A stretch of 64,000 nucleotides of DNA from Ascoidea asiatica JCM 7603. Taxonomy: Eukaryota > Fungi > Ascomycota. Position 1 is the stretch's first letter, and each line of letters opens with the position of its first letter. Made by a program: the position numbers and the translations under genes. The stretch covers positions 494,093 to 558,092 of the forward strand of contig BCKQ01000005.1 of the NCBI GenBank assembly GCA_001600695.1, written 5' to 3'. The notes beneath the pieces were generated by a model. That model was given only the letters and a program-made list of their open reading frames with translations, was not told the origin of the DNA and did no database searches. This document shows positions 15,844-26,077 of this stretch, piece after piece.

Positions 15844-18800
15844 TTAATTAGAAGTTGAACTAGAGCTCCAAAAACTTGAAAGAGTAGGAGCATTTCCGTT
15901 TGTTCCTTGATTAAATCTTATGTTTGTGTTATAAAGTTCTGGTGCTGTTTGAGGAGCTTGAGAGTTTGATGTCATTTCATCTAATGGGGAATAATTGAAG
16001 CTCGAACTAAAAGGATTTGAAAATGGAGACCCAGGTGTAGCGAATTTAGATACATCTGAATCATTATTACCAAATAGACTATTACTCATAATATTGCTTT
16101 GGGTATTTGTTTGATAAAGAGGGCTTGATAACGCATTGTTATTAAGACGTATACCATAATTATTATTATTGTTATTATTATTAATAACATTACTGAAATT
16201 ATTATTCAAAGCATTGTTCATTGGACTGCTCATGGGACTATTGTTATTATTATTACTATTATTACTATTATTATTATTATTCATATTTCCGAAATTATTG
16301 TTGAAATTATTGCCAAAGTTGCTATAATTATTGGAACCATAATTATTAGAACCATAGTTATTAGAGCTATAATTATTTTGAAATCCATTATCATTTATAC
16401 CCATATTATTCCCATTATTGATATTGGCTATATTATTCATATTAGAACTCATAAAACCCATATTGTTCAATTCGTTTAAATTACCCATGTTATTGACACC
16501 ATTATTGTTGCTGATGTTACTCATATTATTCATGTTATTCATATTATTTAGATTATTTGCATTATTTATATTATTCATATTATTAGTGTCCATATTATTA
16601 AAGTTTAATCCCATCGAAGATATACCAGAGGCCAAACTCATTGGAGCATTAACAAATTGATCATTTTCATTTATTGAATTTTTTAATGCTAAATCAGATG
16701 TTGAAACAGCACACATCCAGATTCTTGTTTTATAAACACGAAACATATCCTTAACAAGATCTCTGAAATCAATTCTTTTATTGGCAATATAATAAAAAGT
16801 TAATTTCTTTCTATCCCATTGATATTCCGAATCTAATATTTTCATTGGTAATTTATGCATAATCAATTTTGATTGAACAATATTCAAAGCTTTTAATTCA
16901 TCGCTTTGTTTATGTAAAATTTGACATATTTCATTTACTTGAGCTATTCTTAAAAGCTGTTTTGGTATTTGTTGTTGAGATGATGGAGCTTTTTGATTAT
17001 TTAAATTATCATTTTGATCGCCTTGTGAATTTTCATTATTTAATGCTTCAATTTGTTCTTCAGATTGTAGCATTTTTATTAATCTTGCATCATCAATCGA
17101 TATATCAATAAGGACTACTCTACCTAAATCTTGACCTCTATCTGCTTCGACAACAACTAAATCTCCTATTTTGATATTACCAAAATATTGAGAAGAACGA
17201 GATAAACAAAATATATCTAGTCTTCCATTCTTAAAAGAAATTAAGATTAATTGATGATTTAAAGTTGATAATGAAATCATTGAAAAAGGAGAAGAATTTT
17301 TATTCAAATCAAATAGATGATTACTATTAAATTTAATATTCTTATTATTATAGCCATTAATATTATCAATAGTATCATTGTCATTTATGCCAGGACTTGA
17401 GTTTGAGCCGGAGCGTGAACTTGAATTCGAATTTGAAGAATGCAATAATTTCGAATCATTGGAACTGGTAGGCAATGAAATTTTTGGAAATTGATTACGA
17501 ATACTATTGGAAAACAATTTAGTAAAATTCAAATTTTCAAAAGAAGATAGGGTTAGTCTTTTAATTGAAGAATTATCATTTTCTGAAAAATAATTTAATA
17601 TTTGCCTAGTAATTAAGTCATTATTGTTATTCGAGAGGGAATTTGAATTTGAATTTGAATTCGGTAAAGATATCGAATTTGGCATTGAGTTTGAATGAGA
17701 GTTTGAGTTTGAATTAGAAGATCCAGTATTTGGATAGCTCATAAGAATATTATCAAAATTATTATTTGTTGTAGTGAAATTATTATTAGCAAATCTTAAA
17801 TTATCTCCAGTTCCAGCGCTTATCGAATTTCTATTATGTAAATTATATGTCATAGCAGCATTATTAGACATGTTAAGACTAATTGAAGCTGATAAAGGAG
17901 AATCATTATTATCAGAATAAGAGAATCTTGATTGATCAGTAAAGGAACTAGCATTATTATTATTAACATTAATAGTATTACTAATATTATTATTAATTTG
18001 ATTGTTGTTGTTCATACTATTGAAATCTTGAAGTGAAATTGGTTGGATTGAACTTAAAGTATTTCTTCTTCCAAAACCATCATTCGAATTCAAATCATTA
18101 AATTGATTTGCTTGAGGGTTCAATGAATTTAAGGGATTTAAAGTTGTTAAAGAGTTCAAAGAATTTAAAGAATTTGGCTGATTTGATTGATATTGATTAT
18201 CAGAGAAAGAAGGAGACCAAATTGAAGTTCTAAGATTAATATTTGTTCCTCCATTTGTATGGGTCCTACAAAGAGATAAATTTAAATCATCTATTACGGA
18301 TTTTGAAGTTGTAGAAGAGTTTGTTGCAGAACCTATTAATCCTGTAGAACCAACTGATCCTAATGAACCTATAGAACCTAATGAACCAAGGTTTGTAGAA
18401 GGATTTTGATTTTGATTGGTATCAATATTTGAAGAATTTAAAACTGAAGTCAAGGTACCAGTTGTTGAAGACATGGAATTTGCTTTTCCGTTTGCATTTG
18501 AGTTTAACGTTGAGGATAAAGAAGTTGAAGGGATAGAGTGGCTTTTAGATTGAGAATAATTATTAGAGCCTAATGCGATTTGCATTGGTAAAGTTGAAGG
18601 TAGCTTAATTTTGATGTTATTATAATTATTATTATTAATATTATTATTAATATTATTGTTATTGTTATTGTTATTTGTTAAAGGGGAAGATGTGGAAGAA
18701 GAAGAATGAGAAGATATAGATGAAGAGGAAGATAAGGAAGAGGATATACTTGTAATACTATTTGTATTATTATGATGAATGGTGTTATTATTATCTTTAT

Positions 18801-19203
18801 TTGGCCAAGGATCAGAGTTAGAAATGGAAATAAATTTAGTGTCAGTGTTATTCATTTTATTAAAAGATGAAATTTTTTGAATAGGAGGGGGTGATTGAGA
18901 ATAATTAGATAATGAAGAAAAATTTGAAGTATTAGAAAAATTTGATATATTAGAGTTATATGAAGTTTTTGAAGTATTTGAAGTATTTGAAATTTTTTTT
19001 GATAATTTATTATTTATATTGTCAATAAAATTACTTAAGTTGTTTAAGTTATTTAAATTTGAAAGTTTTGAATTATTGATTATCTTTTCATTATCAGAGT
19101 TAGATGTTAAAAGAGAAGATAAATTTAAATTAGGTGCAATATAATAGTTTTGATTGATATTTTGATTAGAATTTAGATTATCTTTATAGAGTTCTGGAGA
19201 CAT
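15844..19203 (-). CDS. PSP1: PSP1/YLR177W-family protein with long Asn/Ser-rich regions
   Basis: PSP1-C domain: FKNGRLDIF, GDLVVVEADRGQDLG, EYQWDRKKLTFYY, RIDFRDLVKDMFRVYKTRIWMCAV. The first ATG is 19203; the track start is TTG. Confidence 0.85.
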   Translation of the reverse strand: MSPELYKDNLNSNQNINQNYYIAPNLNLSSLLTSNSDNEKIINNSKLSNLNNLNNLSNFIDNINNKLSKKISNTSNTSKTSYNSNISNFSNTSNFSSLSNYSQSPPPIQKISSFNKMNNTDTKFISISNSDPWPNKDNNNTIHHNNTNSITSISSSLSSSSSISSHSSSSTSSPLTNNNNNNNNINNNINNNNYNNIKIKLPSTLPMQIALGSNNYSQSKSHSIPSTSLSSTLNSNANGKANSMSSTTGTLTSVLNSSNIDTNQNQNPSTNLGSLGSIGSLGSVGSTGLIGSATNSSTTSKSVIDDLNLSLCRTHTNGGTNINLRTSIWSPSFSDNQYQSNQPNSLNSLNSLTTLNPLNSLNPQANQFNDLNSNDGFGRRNTLSSIQPISLQDFNSMNNNNQINNNISNTINVNNNNASSFTDQSRFSYSDNNDSPLSASISLNMSNNAAMTYNLHNRNSISAGTGDNLRFANNNFTTTNNNFDNILMSYPNTGSSNSNSNSHSNSMPNSISLPNSNSNSNSLSNNNNDLITRQILNYFSENDNSSIKRLTLSSFENLNFTKLFSNSIRNQFPKISLPTSSNDSKLLHSSNSNSSSRSGSNSSPGINDNDTIDNINGYNNKNIKFNSNHLFDLNKNSSPFSMISLSTLNHQLILISFKNGRLDIFCLSRSSQYFGNIKIGDLVVVEADRGQDLGRVVLIDISIDDARLIKMLQSEEQIEALNNENSQGDQNDNLNNQKAPSSQQQIPKQLLRIAQVNEICQILHKQSDELKALNIVQSKLIMHKLPMKILDSEYQWDRKKLTFYYIANKRIDFRDLVKDMFRVYKTRIWMCAVSTSDLALKNSINENDQFVNAPMSLASGISSMGLNFNNMDTNNMNNINNANNLNNMNNMNNMSNISNNNGVNNMGNLNELNNMGFMSSNMNNIANINNGNNMGINDNGFQNNYSSNNYGSNNYGSNNYSNFGNNFNNNFGNMNNNNNSNNSNNNNNSPMSSPMNNALNNNFSNVINNNNNNNNYGIRLNNNALSSPLYQTNTQSNIMSNSLFGNNDSDVSKFATPGSPFSNPFSSSFNYSPLDEMTSNSQAPQTAPELYNTNIRFNQGTNGNAPTLSSFWSSSSTSN

Positions 19204-21430
19204 AAAAAAAGAGAAAGAAAAGAAAAGAAATAAAATATATTGAAGGATATAAATTATAAATGTAACAGTATAAAGCAAACTAAGTGCTGATTAGTTTTGT
19301 TGTTCAATTAGTAGTTGTAAAGAACTTTGTAAGATAAAAAAGTATTATTGAATGAAACAATAATTGATATATTAAATTGAAGAAAGATCTTTAAAATTTA
19401 TTTAAATTTGATTATAAGTCTAAATTTGATTCAATAATTGTATTTGTATTTAAGAGAGAAAATATGATTGATGAATAGAGTAACTATTGTAGCATGATAT
19501 AATAAACAGATAAAATCGATTGTGATTGTTGCTTTGATATTTATTATTTATTGTTATTTATTTTTATTGTTTATTAATGATTTTTAATTATTGATTGTAT
19601 TGATTAAGGGAATTGAAGAAGCAGAAAGAAGAATAAGTAAAGAAGATGTATTTAAGTATGGTATGTAAGGGAAGTGCAGTTGTTTAACTCAGTTGAATTT
19701 GTAGAGCTATTCCAGTGAAAATTGGAAATAAATTTAGCAAAGACTAAAAGAATATTTTACATATTTTACCAACACTGTAAACTTATAGTCAAAGACTCAG
19801 AGACCTAGAAAGTTACCTAATAATTGCTATGCCGGCATAGCACTTAACGTTGGAGACTTTGGTAGCGTTGGGTCTTTAACTACTGAAAAAAAACAAAGAA
19901 TCCTGACACTCACAGCCTTTTGCTAGCAAATTTGAGTTTTAATACTAAAGTTCTTGTATTTTTATTTTTAAGGGAGCGGCCAGTCACGATTTCAACCCTC
20001 AATAAATGGAATTATATTTTGGCACCAATGCATCCTGATAAAAGAGGTTATCATATATTTAAGGCTACAGTGTACCAGTATTGGTGCAATTACAACGCCT
20101 AAGCTACTGTAGTGTTCGTTTTTATTGAAAATTGCATGTTCTATTCCAATTTGTATTATTCTTCTTCAGATTCACTTTCTTCCAGCTTTCCTTTCGTCTA
20201 TAAAATCTGGGAGAAAAGGCAAACCTTTAAGATATTTATGGAAACGTTTAGCCACGCTTATTCGTACCATGCTTTTAATGTTATATTTTTGCTTCTGTGT
20301 AAAGAGATAAATGTCAAATAAAATTGATACTTCTTTTACTCTAAAAGTGGCAAATGCGGAGGAGATATTTTATTCTATTACCGCAGACATCATCTATGAC
20401 CACCGTGGAGCTTTACATAGCCAAAGGAGGAGCTCATATTGAGAAATTAGTTTCTACAAATGGGATTATTACGTTCAAAATAAAATACTATAATTGCTTA
20501 GCATACCTTTTGGTAAGCATATTTTTTGAGTTCTAGAATTATCGGGTCACGTACTATCCCTTATTCAAATAGTTGTTCATTTGAAATTGTGTCTACAATT
20601 TGTAAATAAATATGTAAATTCTATAACTAATGAATAATGCTTTGTTTCTAGTTTAATTTCTTTTCCAAGTGTTATGGGGTAGAGCAATTCAATGTTAAAA
20701 TTTTCGATCATCAAAATTTGCTGATTGTAACTTCAACAAAGAATAATAAATTGCTAGTTATTATGCTAGGATGCAGAAGAATTACTCAATATACTAATCC
20801 AATTTCATCAATTCACCCCTTGATATTTCATAATCACATTGTTCATCCAATCAGCTTGATTCACAAAGCAATTATATATCCTATGCTAATAAATAAAACC
20901 ACCACCTTTTTTGAAAAAACATGTCTTTTCACTGAAAATTAATTATGATGTTGACACTCTCTTTTATTACAACATTGTAGTACACTATGGTTTTATTACA
21001 ATAGCTAACATTATTATCCTACCCCATGCGGGTTTTGAAGCACCCCACAAATATCCTAATTTTCTTTTGAAAAAGTTTCACAGAGCTCTCTTTACTACGG
21101 TAATAGAATTTTCAAACTTTCTAATATGGATTCAACTTACGGTAGTAATATTTTTACTGTAATTGTGTCTTTCTCTGTTTTGTAACGTTAACGATACCTT
21201 GAGTGTCCTGATATATCAATTTCCCAGACTCCTTCTATAACGGGATTCCCTTACGGTGCAAAACTGCGCTTTGAAGTGAACTCCGCCTGTCATGCAATCC
21301 CCAAAATCTTTCCGGATATCTCCGCTTTCCTCTTACTTCCTATGAGAATAAAGTATACCACGGAAAGAGACACGGATACAATTTCAGTTTCTGGATCCTT
21401 ATTACTTAGCTCTACTTTATGTTAATGCCG

Positions 21431-21473
21431 ACGCGTAAGCACTAATTAATTGATAATTAATGTTAAAACGCGT
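21431..21473 (+). promoter_or_regulatory. Two MCB elements (ACGCGT) upstream of RAD30
   Basis: ACGCGT at 21431-21436 and 21468-21473, about 110-150 bp before the ATG. Confidence 0.7.
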
Positions 21474-21581
21474 TAATACTAAACAGAAATACAAAATATA
21501 TTTATTTTCATAATATTGACTAATCATGATATAAATTTCAAATTTGGTAAACAAAATATATTTGGAAATAAACAATGGATA

Positions 21582-24155
21582 ATGGAGTCTGATACTAAAT
21601 TCACCAATAACGATAAAAACATCAATATCAATAGCAACAATTCAAAAATAAAATTTATTATAAACTCTTCGAATTCTTCAAAATTTAATTTTCAAAATTT
21701 CGAAGATTTAGTTAATCCTTTAAAATCTTTTGATTCTCCTTTATCTTTAATTGCTCATATTGATGCTAATGCATTTTTTGCTCAAGTTGAACAAATTTTA
21801 AAAGGTTATAATAAAAATGATCCAGTGGTATGTGTTCAATGGTCAACTTTAATTGCTGTATCTTACTCTGCAAGAAGTTTTGGTATAAGTAGAATGGATA
21901 CTTTATCTCAAGCATTATTAAAGTGTCCAAATTTAATTCCAATTCATACTGCTGTTTTTAAAAAAGGTGAAAATTTTTGGAAATCGATTAATTCAATTGA
22001 TTCAACTCACTTCCCCGATCCTGCCACATATAAAGTTTCTTTAGATCCTTATAGAAAAGAAAGTAGAAAAATTATGAGAATTTTAAAGTCCTGGTCAAAC
22101 AATGTTGAAAAAGCAAGTGTTGATGAATGCTTTATTGACCTAGGCTCTTTAGTGTATAAAAAAGCAAAAGAATTATTCCCTGATTTACTCATTCAAGCTC
22201 ATAATCGAGATCAAGCACAAAATAAAAATAGAAATAAGAAAAGTCAATTGCCTTCTATACCGACTGTTTTACCTGATTATTTTAATTTAGCTTCAGGCTA
22301 TTTCATTAGTGAAAAGGATAGTGATAATGAAAATGATAATGATAGTGATAATGAAAGTGGTAATGATCAGCAATTCGAAAATGAAATTCAGAATATTTCA
22401 AGTAACCAAGATTTTTCAGAAAAACTGAGCTTTAGCATTGAATCTAAGGAAGAATTTCAAGAAGAAGCTAAGAAAGAATTTCAAAAAGAAAATAAGGAAA
22501 AATTCAAGGAAGAACTTAAAGAATATCTCAAAGAAGAGACTAGGGAAAAAACCAAGGAAAAATTTAAAGAAGAATTAAAAGGAGATATTGAAGCAAAAAT
22601 CAAAGAATTTAAAGAGGAATCTAAAGAGGATTTCAAAGAGGAATCGGGAGACTTTGTAGAAAAATTTATAGAAGAATCTAAAATTGAAGATAAAAACGAG
22701 AGGGAGAAATTTCCAGTAGTTACATTAGATGATTGGGATGATATACTAATGGTAATAGCATCTTGTATATTATATGAAATAAGAAAAGATATTCAAAATA
22801 AATTAGGCTATACCACTTCTGCAGGTATTGGAAGAGTTAAAACTATTGCCAAACTTGCTTCAAATTTTAGAAAACCTGATGCTCAAACAATTATTAGAAA
22901 TAAAGCAATTCCTCAATTTTTTAAAAATTTTTCTTTTAAGGATTTTTGGGGGATGGGAGGAAAAATCGGTGAATTTATTGCTTTGAAACTTAAGGCTCCA
23001 ACTAATAAATCAAAATGTATTGCTTTTATTAGAGAAATTCCATTTAATGATTTATTTAGAGCTTTAGATAAAAATCATGAACTAACACAAAATTTATATA
23101 AAATGGTTCGTGGTGAGAATACTTCACCTATTTCTCCAAAATTAGAGGTTAAAAGTATGACATCTAGGAAAAATTTCAGAAAAGGAAGTTTGAATAATGT
23201 AAATGATGCCTTTGAATGGATAAGAGTATTTTGTGGTGATTTAACACAAAGAATTGAAGAAATAAATGAAGAAGACTATTTATCTAATGCTTCTGAAAAT
23301 TCCGGTACCAAAAAATTCAGGACTCCAAGAACTTTATCTTTACAGCATACTGACTTAAATAGGAAAGTTCATTCAAAACAATGTCCTTTACCTATTGTAC
23401 CAAACAATCAATTAGAAGACTTGTTGTTCGAAAAAGGTTGTGGGTTGATGAAACAACTTGAGATTTTCTTAAAAGAAAATGGAATCAGACCTTACCCTTC
23501 TATAAATTTATCTTTGAGCATATCTCATTTTGAAGTAATAGGAAAATTTGCTTCAATTGATAAATTCACTTTGGAAAATAAAACTGATGTTTTTAGTGAT
23601 CAAAATGCTGAGATTATAAAGTATATTCGTGATTCAAAAACAACTGTTAATGACGATAAAGCAGCTAAAAAAGAAAATTTGAGTGACCCCTTTGCTACTA
23701 CTGATTTACAGCTGTTAAAAGAAAAAAATGAAGAAAAAATGAGGAAAGAAAAAGAAATTTTTGAAGTTCATAACCGTCAATTAATGGAATTTTTGAAAAA
23801 CAACGAAAAAATACCAAAAATTGTTACTGGAAATTCGGAAACTAAAAAACTGCGATGGCCTAATAGTGCCAATAAGCATTCATCGAATAATAGAAAAAAT
23901 GGTTCTTTGGATATCTCAAAATTATTAAAAACAAAACCTGTATCACCCGATTATATTGATCTAATTGATTTGGAGGAGAATGCTTATTCAAATTCAGCTA
24001 ACACTTCTGTCAAAACTTTGAACAATATTGAAGTCATAGACTTGGATGAAGAAGATGATATTATTGAATCAAATCGATTGCGGTATAAACAAGAAAACAA
24101 ATTGTCATATGCTGAAAAAAAATTTGAAAAAAGAAAGCGAAAACGGTTTTGGTGA
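21582..24155 (+). CDS. RAD30: Y-family DNA polymerase eta
   Basis: HIDANAFFAQVE, CVQWSTLIAVSYSAR, KVSLDPYRKES, EKASVDECFIDLG, YTTSAGIG, AKLASNFRKPDAQT. The first ATG is 21582. Confidence 0.95.
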   Translation: MESDTKFTNNDKNININSNNSKIKFIINSSNSSKFNFQNFEDLVNPLKSFDSPLSLIAHIDANAFFAQVEQILKGYNKNDPVVCVQWSTLIAVSYSARSFGISRMDTLSQALLKCPNLIPIHTAVFKKGENFWKSINSIDSTHFPDPATYKVSLDPYRKESRKIMRILKSWSNNVEKASVDECFIDLGSLVYKKAKELFPDLLIQAHNRDQAQNKNRNKKSQLPSIPTVLPDYFNLASGYFISEKDSDNENDNDSDNESGNDQQFENEIQNISSNQDFSEKLSFSIESKEEFQEEAKKEFQKENKEKFKEELKEYLKEETREKTKEKFKEELKGDIEAKIKEFKEESKEDFKEESGDFVEKFIEESKIEDKNEREKFPVVTLDDWDDILMVIASCILYEIRKDIQNKLGYTTSAGIGRVKTIAKLASNFRKPDAQTIIRNKAIPQFFKNFSFKDFWGMGGKIGEFIALKLKAPTNKSKCIAFIREIPFNDLFRALDKNHELTQNLYKMVRGENTSPISPKLEVKSMTSRKNFRKGSLNNVNDAFEWIRVFCGDLTQRIEEINEEDYLSNASENSGTKKFRTPRTLSLQHTDLNRKVHSKQCPLPIVPNNQLEDLLFEKGCGLMKQLEIFLKENGIRPYPSINLSLSISHFEVIGKFASIDKFTLENKTDVFSDQNAEIIKYIRDSKTTVNDDKAAKKENLSDPFATTDLQLLKEKNEEKMRKEKEIFEVHNRQLMEFLKNNEKIPKIVTGNSETKKLRWPNSANKHSSNNRKNGSLDISKLLKTKPVSPDYIDLIDLEENAYSNSANTSVKTLNNIEVIDLDEEDDIIESNRLRYKQENKLSYAEKKFEKRKRKRFW

Positions 24156-24494
24156 AATTTTCACACTATCTGAAAATATATACAAGTATTTATATAGAAT
24201 AAGGACTTTTATTTTTATAGCCGATATTAGCCATTAATTATTTACGTTTTAGTTTTGTTTGATCTAGTTTCTTATCTTGCCCAAGCCTTTAACTTAGGTA
24301 CAAAGGAATCCAATTGAATATAAGTATGCCCGGAAAATTAGACTAAAGATTTTTTTCAAGCTCGAGAAAGAAGGGCTTCCCTTTTTTATATCTCAATTCT
24401 CATAATAAACTAAAAAAAATTAAATGCAAAAAATATTTGAGTGAAGTAACAGATGACGTTGTCCATTTTAACATCATAAAAATAGCTTGTAAAA

Positions 24495-25817
24495 TTAAGC
24501 AGCACCTGCGGCAGAGAAGTTTACAGTTCTTTTCGTTGCTATTCTAGCTTTATTAGGACGATTTTGAATATCAGCTCCATAAACAATTGCAACTCTCATT
24601 GTAGCCAACAAATTATTCGCAGCATTGGAGTGTTCATATACACCTCCTTTAAATGCAGCAGTGGCATCTTTTCCTAGTGATGATCTTACCAACAGGCTGC
24701 CACCAGGATGATTATCAATAAAAGGAGTAACATCATGGACAATTCCGGATATAATCAAAAGATCCCTGGAAGAAGTTTTATTTAACCTTTTGAATTCATT
24801 GATAGAAATTACAGGTAAATCTTCAATTGGTATGCCCCAATTTAGTTTTCTTGATCGCATATCTAAAATTTTCTGACGTTGTTGTAAAAAAACCCTGTTT
24901 ATAGCTTCTTCATTTGTTGCTGTAAGCATATAAGTAAATCCTGACTTATATCCAATCTCAATAAAAAAACGGGTTGGATCAAAATCATACCAGCGATTTC
25001 CATTTCTATAATCATTTGGGAAATTATGATGAAAATTATTTTGCCCTTCTCCAAAAGTTACATATGAGAGAAGCCAACTATCTCTAGCTGTTGTTTTATC
25101 ATCATATGGTTGTGATCCAAAATAATGACCCAAGGAATTCACACAAAAACTAGATTGTTGAACAAAAAAACATCTTATCAAACCGGCATAAATAAAGCCA
25201 CCAAGAAAATCATCCCAAAAAATTCCTGGAATTATGGCTGGAAATAATAGGCAAGAAAAAACATATAATAAAACTATATTATTTTCTTGCCATTGTATTA
25301 TGGGATCAATAGAAATGTCTTCTGTTTTCATTATTTCATCAACCACATCAGTGATTTTAGAATTAGCTCTGAATATGAACCAGCCTATATGAGAATAAAA
25401 TAAACTTCTTCGGGCATTATGAGGATCTTTCTCACTATCTGTATATCGATGATGTGCTCTATGAGATGCTACCCACCATTTAATTGTTCCTAATCCTGCT
25501 CCTGCTCCGAAGATGGCATACAAATACAAAAATAATTTCGAAGATTTGAATGACTTATGAGCCCAGAATCTATGATAACCACAAGTTATACACAATGAAG
25601 TGAAATAATAATAAAAAACAGAAAAATATAGTGTTCTTTTGGTAATAACCATATCATTATTCCAAAAGAATAAAAATATAGAAATGAGAATTCCAAGTAT
25701 TGGAAATACTATAACTAGACTATGAGCCCAGTCTATTCTCCAAAACTTCCTTCTTCTTGTAGCTCTTTTAACTACTCTCACCCCTTTTCTACTTGTGGAT
25801 ATCACTTCTTTTTCCAT
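24495..25817 (-). CDS. Delta-9-type acyl-CoA desaturase with C-terminal cytochrome b5 (divergent OLE1/OLE2-like paralog)
   Basis: GYHRFWAH, HRAHHRYTD, VNSLGH, GEGQNNFHH, and b5 motif HPGG...GKDATAAFKGGVYEHS. Confidence 0.9.
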   Translation of the reverse strand: MEKEVISTSRKGVRVVKRATRRRKFWRIDWAHSLVIVFPILGILISIFLFFWNNDMVITKRTLYFSVFYYYFTSLCITCGYHRFWAHKSFKSSKLFLYLYAIFGAGAGLGTIKWWVASHRAHHRYTDSEKDPHNARRSLFYSHIGWFIFRANSKITDVVDEIMKTEDISIDPIIQWQENNIVLLYVFSCLLFPAIIPGIFWDDFLGGFIYAGLIRCFFVQQSSFCVNSLGHYFGSQPYDDKTTARDSWLLSYVTFGEGQNNFHHNFPNDYRNGNRWYDFDPTRFFIEIGYKSGFTYMLTATNEEAINRVFLQQRQKILDMRSRKLNWGIPIEDLPVISINEFKRLNKTSSRDLLIISGIVHDVTPFIDNHPGGSLLVRSSLGKDATAAFKGGVYEHSNAANNLLATMRVAIVYGADIQNRPNKARIATKRTVNFSAAGAA

Positions 25818-26077
25818 GACTTTATTTGGAATATTTTTTAGAAATTGATAGCTATTTATTTAGTATATAAAATGAATATGTATTTGAATATATTTTTCTT
25901 CAAATTAATTTCAAAATCAGAAAATAAATTTCTTAAAATAAGAATCCGGCACGGAGGCGCTTTCAAGTGTATTTTCCCGAACAATCTTATTTTTCGACAA
26001 CTACACAAACATTTCGTAGACAAAAGAAAGTTATAAAAACTCAATTCTAAATAATTTTAAAGACCTATATTTTTTTA

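Noticed and set aside
19920-21162. Run of 60-83 aa ORFs as a possible transposon or LTR remnant
   Set aside because: No gag/pol/transposase motif, no TG...CA bounded repeat and no TSD identified.
21425-21486. ATG CCG ACG C|GTAAGC...TACTAAACAG mini-intron that would extend RAD30 in frame
   Set aside because: The branch-to-AG spacing is far shorter than in the other introns here, and the donor overlaps an MCB element. The extension has no Rad30 similarity.
24046-24237. +1-frame ORF overlapping the RAD30 end as a frameshift extension or Eco1 fusion
   Set aside because: No UBZ, PIP or acetyltransferase similarity in the 63 aa.
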